This document shows positions 53,860 to 64,000 of a stretch of 64,000 nt of DNA, piece after piece (the first letter of the stretch is position 1; the number at the start of each line of letters is the position of its first letter). The stretch is from Narcine bancroftii (lineage: Eukaryota), in NCBI RefSeq assembly GCF_036971445.1, contig NC_091475.1, positions 15,624,001 through 15,688,000 on the forward strand, written 5' to 3'. The translations under genes and the position numbers were made by a program. The notes below the pieces were generated by a model that was not told the origin of the DNA, ran no database searches, and was given only the letters and a program-made list of their open reading frames with translations.

Positions 53860-55637
53860 CTGCAAGTTTTTTTTTAAAAAATTGGATACAATGAACATTC
53901 ACAATCGAACGAGAGATTGTCTTTTCCATTCACTTAATCCTATTTTGACTTTCCTAATTACAGACATTTAACAAATAGAGTTCTTTGACCCATGCCAAAC
54001 AAGCCAGTTCTGTTTGCCTGTATTCAACCCATATCCTGTTGAACTTTTCCTATTCATGACTAAATGTCCTTTAAATATTCAACCATTTCCTCTGGCAGCT
54101 CATTCCTTGGACTTGCCACCCTCTGTGTGAAAGGTGCTTCTCAGAATATACCATTCCACTTTCCCAGTTCATCTAAATCTTATTGTAATCAGATTTTCAC
54201 TTCACTGTCTACTATATCATCGATCTAATAGCAACATTATTATAGTGGTTCAAATCTGACACTCTCTGTAAAGAGTTTGCATATTCTCTGATATGTGAGG
54301 GCTTATCCCCAGATGCTCCAGTTTCATTCCACTCTCCAAAGCCTATGAGGTTTGGCAAGTTAATTGGGTGTATTGAGCAGCAGAGTTTCATGGGCTGGAA
54401 GGGCCTTCTACCATGTTGTATCGTTTTAAAAAGATTTTATGTCACCAACTTACCAATCTTGCCAACTACATTCTCATCCAAATCAATAATATAAATGACG
54501 AACAGCAGTAGCTAGCACCTATCCCTGCAGCATATCACTTGCCATTGGCCAATGTTTTGAAAAGCCTCCACTACCACCAAACCAATTGTGCATCCAATGG
54601 GTTAGCTCACCCAAGTGAGCTTACCCACCACACCTGGTCAAAAGACCTACTAAAATCCATGCATTTAACATTTACCACCCTGCCCTTATCAATCCTCCAG
54701 AGAAGTTTTCAAACAAAATCAAAAGTCATGATTTAATTTAAATATACAGCATGGTAACAGGCCTTTTCAGCCATGAGCCCGTGCCGCCCAATTACACCAC
54801 AACCACGGTACATTTTGAAGGGTGGGAGGAAATCTGAGCTCCCAGGGAAAACCCACACAGACACAGGGAGAACATACAAACTTCCAGTGGTGCTGTAACA
54901 GCGTTGTGCGAACTGGGCTGCCCCATTTTCCAATGCAGTCATGTTGACTGTCTCAAATCAGCCAAGGGCATATGGATCCTGTCTCATTTGACCTGATTTG
55001 AGAACAATATAGTTTGATTTTATCTTATGAACCAAATTTATTGTCACAAGAATGGAGATACAGTAGAAAAAAAATTGTTTTGCATTCTGAAAAAAATGGT
55101 AGTCGTCAAAACCCCAAAGTATGAAGTTACAGTGAAAAAGTTTTGTACAAACAGTACCAGCGTAATATCATTTTACTCATGAAGCCGAATCAATCATCAG
55201 TAACAACACAGAAGCAGTCAAACTGAAAGCATTAAAGATTTAAAACATTTAAAACCAACATAAAAGTCAAGCACATAAAATTGAAGTGATATCCATGAGA
55301 TCTGTTACCAGTTTAATGTTTTAGAGGTTATACATTTGAATGAGAAAATATTAGGTGTTTCCCAATAAATGTGTGCACTGGAGGCTGAGTTTTTAACTAT
55401 AATTTTAATGAATTTAACACAGATCTGTGTCTCCCAATTACACAAATATATTGGTGCTGCAATAAATGATCCAAGAAGACAGTTAGCAGTTAATCATGGT
55501 TCTATCAAAGGTCATTTCACAATTGCATGGTTTCATGCCGTATATTTGCTAAGGATTAGCAAAGATAAAAACTTAGCCAAGGAAAATAGGGCAGAGAGCA
55601 AGGGAGGGGTAGGACACTAAAATCTGCAATCTCCTAC

Positions 55638-55814
55638 TGTATTGTACTGACAATAACCACACCAGCAGTGAGAGTATAATTTAATAAACTAATATGTACA
55701 CTAAGAGGTCTTGTCTCTCTACAAGATTAACCTGGAAGTCTAGACTGTAGCTCAGGACTGCTTTATATACAAGGTCACCGGGATGACCTCATGGTGTACT
55801 TGCATATCACCACA
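55638..55814 (-). mobile_element. Possible short solo LTR
   Basis: TG...CA ends with minus-strand TATATAAA and ATTAAA in LTR order. No TSD found. Confidence 0.45.
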
Positions 55815-56145
55815 GATGTAAAAACACAATGTTGGAGAAACTTTGCAGGTCTAACAGCGTACTTTAGATAGCAAAGACAGATAGGGCTTTGAGCCCTTCA
55901 TCAAAGTATCTCCAGTAATGCATTTTTATTTTTGGCCTGGGGTCAAGTATTCAGCAGCGTTCTGGAGGGGTCGTGGCGACTGGAATACAATGGTGAAGCT
56001 TTGCAGAAAATGCATTAAATGGTCAGAAAAATGAGGGACGTCTAAAGGAGAAAGCACAAAATGAATGTAGTCCAATCAAAAATAAAGGCAACTAATGCAG
56101 CCCTCTGGAACTTTATGTGATAATCACTACGGCAAAGCTGCTCAC

Positions 56146-56545
56146 CCAGAGGCTTGACGATGGGGAGGAGTTCGGTGCACATCTCCCTGGTGCTGAAGAA
56201 GTTGGTTTTCATGGTCACTTCAGCTTGGACTCCGAACGGGGCGGTGTCCGCCACTTTGAAGGCGATGCCGGCGTTGTTGACCAGGACATCGATGCCTCCG
56301 TAGTTCTTCAGCATGAACTCGCGGAGCTTTCGGATGCTCAGTGGATCGTCGATGTCCAGCTGGTGGAAAAGCGGCTTCAGCTGCTCCTGCTGCAGCTTCT
56401 GCACCGCCTGCTCCCCGCGGCCCTGGTCCCGGGCCGTCAGGAAGACGTCGCCGTCGAACTGGCGGCAGAGAGCCCGCACCACCTCCAGCCCGATGCCCTT
56501 GTTGGAGCCGCTCACCACCGCCACTCGGCTTCGGATCGTCGACAT
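56146..56545 (-). CDS. CBR1: Carbonyl reductase 1-like, copy B, exon 1
   Basis: MSTIRSRVAVVSGSNKGIG...IVKPL(G). 400 nt, donor GTGAGC. Identical to copy A from RVAVV onward. Confidence 0.95.
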
Positions 56546-56599
56546 GGTTACACAGCCGCGCCACCGAGGTTTCTACGCCTGGAAAGAGCAGACTGAATC

Positions 56600-56760
56600 A
56601 TTCAATTCAGATCTATTGCAGTCAAGAGCGCAGACGTAGAGTGAAATTTCTCTTTCCCCGCCCCTCCCCGAGCCTGCTTTAGCCAATCGCCCTGGAGTAG
56701 CAATTGGATACAAACATGTGGCAATGATTGTTTTATCCAATCAGATTCCATTATTCAATG
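56600..56760 (-). promoter_or_regulatory. Proximal promoter of CBR copy B
   Basis: GC box CCCCGCCCC near 56656 and three CCAAT/ATTGG boxes (near 56683, 56703, 56737), 110-200 bp upstream of the ATG. Confidence 0.6.
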
Positions 56761-56856
56761 CTGTGTACCTCCTCCCCTTCCCATTCCCCAATAAAGGCGA
56801 TTTCGCCCAGTCCCTCCCTCAGTACAAGTCCTGGAATAGGGCTAGCAGAGGGACTA

Positions 56857-57378
56857 CGAGCCCGACTTGTCGAGCCCGACTTGTCGAGCCCGACTTGTCG
56901 AGCCCGACTTGTCGAGCCCGACTTGTCGAGCCCGACTTGTCGAGCCCGACTTGTCGAGCCCGACTTGTCGAGCCCGACTTGTCGAGCCCGACTTGTCGAG
57001 CCCGACTTGTCGAGCCCGACTTGTCGAGCCCGACTTGTCGAGCCCGACTTGTCGAGCCCGACTTGTCGAGCCCGACTTGTCGAGCCCGACTTGTCGAGCC
57101 CGACTTGTCGAGCCCGACTTGTCGAGCCCGACTTGTCGAGCCCGACTTGTCGAGCCCGACTTGTCGAGCCCGACTTGTCGAGCCCGACTTGTCGAGCCCG
57201 ACTTGTCGAGCCCGACTTGTCGAGCCCGACTTGTCGAGCCCGACTTGTCGAGCCCGACTTGTCGAGCCCGACTTGTCGAGCCCGACTTGTCGAGCCCGAC
57301 TTGTCGAGCCCGACTTGTCGAGCCCGACTTGTCGAGCCCGACTTGTCGAGCCCGACTTGTCGAGCCCGACTTGTCGAG
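56857..57378. repeat. Perfect 14-bp tandem repeat (CGAGCCCGACTTGT), ~37 copies
   Basis: No variant unit seen. Produces the 14-aa periodic ORFs SSPTCRARLVEPDL and GSTSRARQVGLDKS. Confidence 0.98.
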
Positions 57379-59166
57379 TCCTTTGCCCAAGCCATCAGGA
57401 AGGACGAGGGCATGAAGAGGAGAACACCTCATCCCCAGAGCTCTCTAAAAAACATCAGGACTTGGCCTAGCTGTCGGTGAGAGGAGCCCTCCCAGTGAGA
57501 TCCTTCCTGTATGATCAGAACATCACCCTCAACGCACTCTGCCAGGTAGCAGAGGCGCCCAGGTCAAGGCTTCCCTGGACATGGACGATGTTGCTATCTT
57601 CTTTTTGGACATGTGATCTGTCTGGAGATGGACCAGACAATTTGAGTCTGCCTCGGGTGCCAGGGTCAACCAAAAGAAGAGCGAGGCAATGCTTATCGGT
57701 AACTGGCCTGACCAGTCCACCATTCCCTTCACCTGGGGATCTGGTTTGGAGGGGCTGAGGCATGCACGAAGAATTGGACGGAGTGGATTGCTAAGGTCTG
57801 CCAAAAATTGGGACTGTGGGGCACGGGTGCTCCCTCTTGATAATAGGAAAACACTTGGTCATCAGGTGTGAGGTGCTTTCGGTGCTGCTGTATGTGGCGC
57901 AGGTGTGGTCTATCCCCTGCACCTGTGCCTGGACAATTACCAGAGCAGTGTTCCGATTCATTTAGGGCTCCAAAATGGACAGGGTTGGAAGAAGCGCCCA
58001 TGCGCAAGTTACGGGAAAATGAGGGCAAGGGTGTACCCAACATGGCACTCATCCTAATGACCATCTTTGTGCGTGGAACCAAGGGACGAGGGCATCAAGA
58101 GCCACTACTTGCTGAGGTTCTACCAGTCGCAGGTGTTGCGAAGTATAGGCATAGCCTGGCTGCTGCGCAACGTTCCAGTTAGCTGGACAGTGCCGCACTA
58201 CCTATCCTTGGAAAAGTTCTTCCAGGACAACATCTTTGACTACAGGGTCATTAGAATGTCCTGCAGAAACTGAAAGAAGAGGACTTGACGGATCCAGTGG
58301 GATGGTTCCAGAGCAGACTGCCTAGATCTGGCAGAACTCCTCATCCCCAGAGCTCTCTAAAAAACATCAGGACTTGGGCTTGGCTGTCGGTGAGAGGTGC
58401 CCTCCCAGTGAGATCCTTCCTGTATGATCAGAATATCACCCTCAACGCACTCTGTCCTTGGGATGGCTGCGGTGGGGTGGAGACCATCGCCTACCTCTTT
58501 GCCATATGCAAATTCACAAGGAGAGTGTGGAGAGGGATGTCATGGTTCATCCCTAGCGACAGCGTGACAGAACTCCCTGATTTATGGACTGTTCCCAAGG
58601 ACCCACTCTGAGTCCAATGTCTAGAACTGCTGGAAGACCATCAACTCGGTAAAGGACACGCTTTGGTTGACCCGAAACCTGTGGTCTTTCAGCATCCTGA
58701 GATGTCGGTCAGGGAATGCTGCCACCTGGCACATTCCAGGCTGCAAGACTACGTGCTGAGGGATGCGCTGAGGCTTGTTTCAGCCAACACCAGGTCACTG
58801 TGGAGAAAGTGCATTGTTTAGAGCCTCTCCCCTCCCATTGCCGGGCTCTGAGGGGCTGACACTGAGGGGAAGCTCCTTAAACTAATGGTATGGTGGGGGA
58901 AGAAACAATAAGATGCCATAGGTGTGGTGACTGAGTATTAAGGCAACAATTTTAAACATGGAATGTACATACATTGATGAGATGACTTTCAGAATAGTTT
59001 TTTATGTACTATAAATAACATACTCGATATGAGATAACTGATAACATGTAAAAGTTTGTAAATATCTTACTCAGTAGGATTGAGATTATGAATGTAAAGT
59101 TTGGAATAGCTTTTGGTCTTGTATTCTACATAACTTATTGCAAATAAAGTTTATTTTGGGGGAAAA
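57379..59166 (+). mobile_element. Tx1/L1-clade LINE 3' part, decayed
   Basis: C-terminal zinc motif GALPVRSFLY...CPWDGCGGVETIAYLFAIC, with AATAAA and an A-rich end near 59143-59166. About 125 bp duplicated (57420-57543 versus 58333-58455). Confidence 0.82.
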
Positions 59167-59168
59167 AT

Positions 59169-62051
59169 ATGACTGGTCTTATGGTAATAAAAGCCTGTCA
59201 TAAAATAACTCCAGTCTTTTGGTGTTTATTGACAGTGCATCAATTTAATTACCATAAAGTTTTTTTTACCACAATAGACAAGTTGCTGAGGCTGGACAAG
59301 CTAGATCCACAATCACCCAAAACTCCAGTCGGATTCGAGGTCTGGCTACTCTGTTTTAATGACTTTCTGCACACCTCTGCACAAGCCCTGGGTTCTGACA
59401 ACAACAAGCTACACCTGCTACGATCACATTTTGGCCACCGCACCTACAGGGGCTGCAGGATGTACGAGGAGACCATGAACATGCTCCAAAGCTGGTATAG
59501 GCCCAGGACAAATGCAGTCTATGCAAGACATCTGTAATGGAAGATTTAAACTGTCTCTTTTACTGCAAGGCTGAGAACTTGCTTGTTTTTTTTTAGAATC
59601 AGCAGACATAATCTAAATTCCACCATGAGCCCAGGAAGCATATTTAGTAAACACCCACCATGGGGCCCAGGATGCAGTTGAATAGGAAGACATTATCTAA
59701 TTTACACTTATGAGGCCCAGAGCAGTTTACATTTGTTGGTCGCAGACTGTCAGGAGACCTTGAAGATAATTAAACCATTTGTTCAAAGAGATAGGATTTG
59801 AGGTAAACAACTTTTGGGGTGATATGAGCCATGGTCCCACTGCTGAAGTGAGAGACTCTCCAAGAGGTGGCAACATCTCTCAGCAAGAGGAAGATAATAA
59901 ACCATTTGTTCAAAGAGATAGGATTTGAGGTAAACAACTTTTGGGGTGGTATAAGCCATGGTCCCACTGCTGAAGAGAGAGACTCTGGAAGAGGTGGCTA
60001 CATCTCTCAGCAAGAAGAACTTCAAGACTCCAGCTAACGTCCTGGTCAAGGGAGGTAGAGAAGCTGCTACCGGCGCCCCGACAATGTACTACATGTGTGC
60101 AGTCGTTGCCTCGCTTTGGCAGTTGGGACCAGTCCAGGCATTGATAAGTATAATTGGGAAGGGGTTGCATATTGTAGTGTGAATTCAACTTTAGATTAGT
60201 AATAAAGACTTGTATAAACTGAACTGCTCTCGGTGTGTGTGTGTCTATTTTCTTTCGGTAGTTCAAACACTGTGACCAATCTAAAATGAACAAAATGAAA
60301 GGTATGAGTTTACCCAAGACAACATCTGGCCACCTGCAAGCAACAACCCAGTGAGTCCCTCAAAGAATACTTTGGGTCCCACATGAACTTGGGCAAGCCT
60401 TCAGCTGAAGGGATGTTACTGCTGAGGTCTACACAAATGAACTCATTCAGGACACCTGTGTAGCAGGCATCTGATCAGACTATATCCGCAAGCAGCTGCT
60501 GGAACTGGATGAACTGACCTTGCAGCATGCTTTCAAAATGTCCAAAACATTGGAAGTAGCCCTCTGGAACATGGATTCATTCTCCTCTGATAACGCAAAT
60601 GCCTCATTTGGAACGTGGGCATCACAATCTTGGGACACGGGTTCCCAGGCCACCTTCATGCAAGTGCACCTGACTTCACCTTCGCCGCCACCGAGTGCTA
60701 CTTCTACGGCCAACAGAAACATCCCTGGAAGTGTTGCCCAGCCAAGGAATCAATGTATTCAAAATGTTGGAAGAAGGGAATCTATGCCAAAGTCTGCAAG
60801 TCCAGACCTTTCCCTCTCCCTAGCAGCGCTGCATTCGGGCAGGCGCCACAATGGCCAGTCTCATCTTCAGTGTCACTTCTGCCCCCGAATGACAAAACTG
60901 CATGCAGGCAAAAAGGGCCGCCATCTTGGCCGGTGTCACTTCTGGCACTCTTTCCACCCCGAGCAATATCACCATGTGCGTGTAATGGAGATGCCATCTC
61001 ACTAGCCTGGGTTGCGGGCACTGTCTTACCAATCTGAATCAGACAGCAATTCCAACAACAATCAAGTACTGATCAATTGTATTCGACTAGGACAGCCCCC
61101 ATCAACTCATCTGTTCAATGATGGAGGTTGAAGTAAATGGTCACCTCACTAATTGCCTAATCGAAAGCGGGAGCACATCAAATCCAAGTGCGGGACTACT
61201 CCCTTGCAGTGAGCCTGGCAAATTGCAAGATCTCCATGGCTTCCAGGTCCCAGTCAGCAGAAATGTGTGGCTACTGCATGGTAACGCTGACAATATGTGG
61301 CACAACCTATGAACATTTTAAACTTAGTAATGCCATAACTCAGTGTGCCTGTGATACTGGGGTTGGACCTCTAGTCCCAGCTCAAGAGTGTCACTATGGA
61401 ACTCAATGGGCCCCCTCCCCATCTCATGGTCTGAAACCATTAATTTTTAAATCATCCACCATTTCTGCTGCACATGACCAAGCATCCCATCTATGGGCTG
61501 TCCACCCTCCAGATACTCCCCCCCCCCGCCATCACTGTTCACCAATCTTACCCCTGACTGTAAGCTGGTGGCTACAGCATTGATATGGGTGATACAGCAT
61601 TGGGGGCAAGGCATTCTTGAGGTTGGATGTACAATGGCTTCTGGCCGAGGGAGCCCCTGGAGAACCCAGGTCGTGGTTGTCAATAATGGGGAAAGACTCT
61701 CCACATAGTGGTTGATTTCAGGCAAACCATCAACTGTTTCACGCAGCTGGATGCATACCCCATCCCCTGTATTGCCGACGTGGTAAACCATATTGCCCAG
61801 TACCAGGTTTTCTCCATCATAGATTTAAAATTGGCATATCATCAGCTTGCATCCACCAAGTGGATTGCCAGTACACTGCATATGAGGCAGATGGCTGCTT
61901 CTACCATTTTCTATGGGTCCCCTTTGGAGGCACCAACAGCCATGTCCTGCAGGTCCACGATGAAAACTTAGAATAATTCCTCCGAATGGCCAAGGCACTC
62001 AATCTCACTTATAATAAAGACTAATGTGTGTTCCGCACATCATGCCTGGCC
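59169..62051 (+). mobile_element. Decayed Gypsy/Ty3 LTR retrotransposon (LTR end, gag, protease, RT)
   Basis: gag start DKLLRLDKLDPQSP, Zn-knuckle remnant CYFYGQQKH...KCWKKG..AKVC, protease-like NCLIESGST, RT VDFRQTIN..TQLDAYPIP...FSIIDLKLAYHQL. Confidence 0.88.
59533..60321 (+). mobile_element. Solo LTR of the same family, inserted in Gypsy gag, TSD ACATC
   Basis: TGTAATGG...AAGACA flanked by ACATC (59528-59532 and 60322-60326). AATAAA near 60201 and an internal ~128-bp tandem duplication. Confidence 0.92.
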
Positions 62052-62790
62052 ATCAAGTTAACTTAAAGGATTCCAAAATCAAACCATTCGTCAATACTCT
62101 AGCTACCGGTTTACTATATACTATTAAAAAAAAGGACCAAACTTAAATTTCTCCAAAACTTTAAACAAAAAATTCCATTCAACTCTATCAAATGCTTTTT
62201 CTGCATCTAGAGATATCACCATCGGATGATCTGAAGATTGTCAAAATCTATTAATCAAACTAATCACACACAAAATGTTATCTGAAGCATATCTATTCTT
62301 TATTAAACCTGTTTGATCAATATGAATCAACATAGGTAAAAATTTAGCCAATCTATTCACTAATATTTTAGCTATTATTTTATAATCTACATTGAAGATA
62401 CTTTCAAAGGATCTCTATCTTTTTTTTGGAATTACTGTAATTAAAGCACTAGAACAAGAGTCAGGTAATTCATAATGTTCTCCAACTTGACGTAATACAT
62501 CCCCAAACACTGTAGATAAATCATCATAAAAATTTTTATAAAATTCAACCGAAAATCCATCATCACCAAGCGATTTACCGTTCGGCATTTCCTGCATGGC
62601 CATTTTAATTTCCAAATCAGTAAATGGTTCTTCTAACTCCTGTATATCTGCATCCTCTAATATTGGTAAATTCAACTGTGATTAAAAAAAGATCAATTGA
62701 TCCAGTTTCTTGTTTTCCTTCAGATGTATATAACTTTTTATAAAATGAATAAAATTCATCATTAATCTCACGAGGTTTATAAGTAATAAG
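62052..62790 (-). mobile_element. L1 ORF2 fragment, inverted 5' segment
   Basis: Minus-strand YKPREINDEFYSFYKKLY..., [41 protein letters not shown] and TNGLILESFKLT. Confidence 0.9.
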
Positions 62791-62806
62791 ATAATTATTA
62801 CTTATT

Positions 62807-64000
62807 ATCAACTCGTCAAGGTTGTCCTTTATCACCAGCTTTGTTTGCGTTAGTGATTGAACCTTTAGCACAGTTGATAAGACAAAATACACAGATACAA
62901 GGTATGAAAGTTTTAGACAAGGAGTATAAAATTAATTTATTTGCTGATGACGTATTGGTGTATTTAATAAACCCAGCTCAGTCACTTTTACACTTGAAGG
63001 AGTGTTTAAATCAATATGGACGTCTTTTTGGATATAAAGTTAATTGGGAAAAAAGTGAAATATTACCAGTAAATGAAGGAGATTATTCAGTTTATAAGAA
63101 TATTATTAATTTGAAATGGACTGATCAAATTAAATATCTGGGTATAATTTTGAATGTTAATTATCAATCTTTATATAAATTAAATTATGTTCCGTTAATG
63201 AAAAAAATTAAAATTGATTTGATCAAATGGAAAGATTTACCTATTAATTTAATGGGTAGGATAAATACAATTAAGATGAATATCTTTCCGCGTATACAAT
63301 ATTTGTTTCAATCTATTCCATATTTACTTGATAATATTTTTTTTTGAGATTTGAATAAAATGGTTAGGGAGTTTTTATGGAGGGGTAAAATTTTGAGAGT
63401 AGCTTTGAATAAATTAACTTGGAAATATGAGTTAAGGGGATTACGTTTACCACATTTTCAAAATTATTATGAAGCAGCCCAACTTAAATTTATTAGTTCA
63501 TTGATGGATTTGGTATGGCCCCCTAGTTGAGCTAAAATTGAGATGGCAAGTATTTCTGAATTTGAAATACATCAATTTTTGTTTAGATGGAATATAAATT
63601 TGTTACAACAATATAATGTGCCTATACTAAAACATTTAATGAAGTTATGGATAAAGAAAAATAAAATGACAGGCTCTAGGGGTAAATTATTGGCTTTGAA
63701 TCAGTTGTATAATAATCAACTTATTCCTTTTTCAATACATAATCGAAGTTTATTGCATTGTAGATTTAAAGGTGTGAAAAATTTGGGAGATTGTTTTAAA
63801 GAGGGTAATTTTTTATCTTTTAATCAGATGAGGGAAGGTTTTGGTATTGATAAGAACTCTTTGTTTCTTTATTATCAAATTTGATCTTTGGTAAAATGTA
63901 TGTTTGGTAGAGAGATGATTTTACCTGAAATGACTAATGAGACTTTTCTTATGAAGATACCAGAGAAGGGTTATATTTCATCTATGTATCAAATATTACA
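62807..64000 (+). mobile_element. L1 ORF2 RT region, sense segment (runs off the window)
   Basis: STRQGCPLSPALFALVIEPLA...INLFADDVLVYL...KYLGI...MNIFPRIQYLFQ, with scattered stops. Confidence 0.93.

Noticed and set aside
56718-57480. Five overlapping 180-250-aa ORFs with 14-aa periodicity
   Set aside because: They are a by-product of a stop-free 14-bp tandem repeat, with no evidence of coding function.

Overview
Repeat-rich vertebrate genomic DNA. The mix of V-SINEs, CR1, Rex1/Babar, Penelope and Tx1 repeats suggests a cartilaginous fish (inference). The minus strand carries two tandem two-exon carbonyl reductase 1-like genes (56545-53423 and 49217-40896). Downstream of them is the 5' part of DOP1B/DOPEY2: a probable non-coding exon near 33680 and ten coding exons from 24026 to 3105, continuing past the window start. 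This gene order and orientation match the human CBR1-CBR3-DOP1B block. Main observations: (1) the two CBR copies share a 395-bp exon-1 tract with no differences, while exon 2, the UTRs and the promoters have diverged; (2) many Penelope terminal repeats contain a minimal hammerhead-ribozyme-like fold; (3) an LTR family with 5-bp TSDs includes one copy with an Env-like membrane ORF remnant; (4) an L1 with a twin-priming-type 5' inversion is nested in a Gypsy element; (5) a perfect 76-bp inverted repeat flanks a DOP1B exon; (6) there are several CpG-rich or G-rich tandem arrays. All of this was read by eye. Exon boundaries were checked for GT-AG and reading phase; repeat boundaries are approximate unless a TSD or TIR is given.
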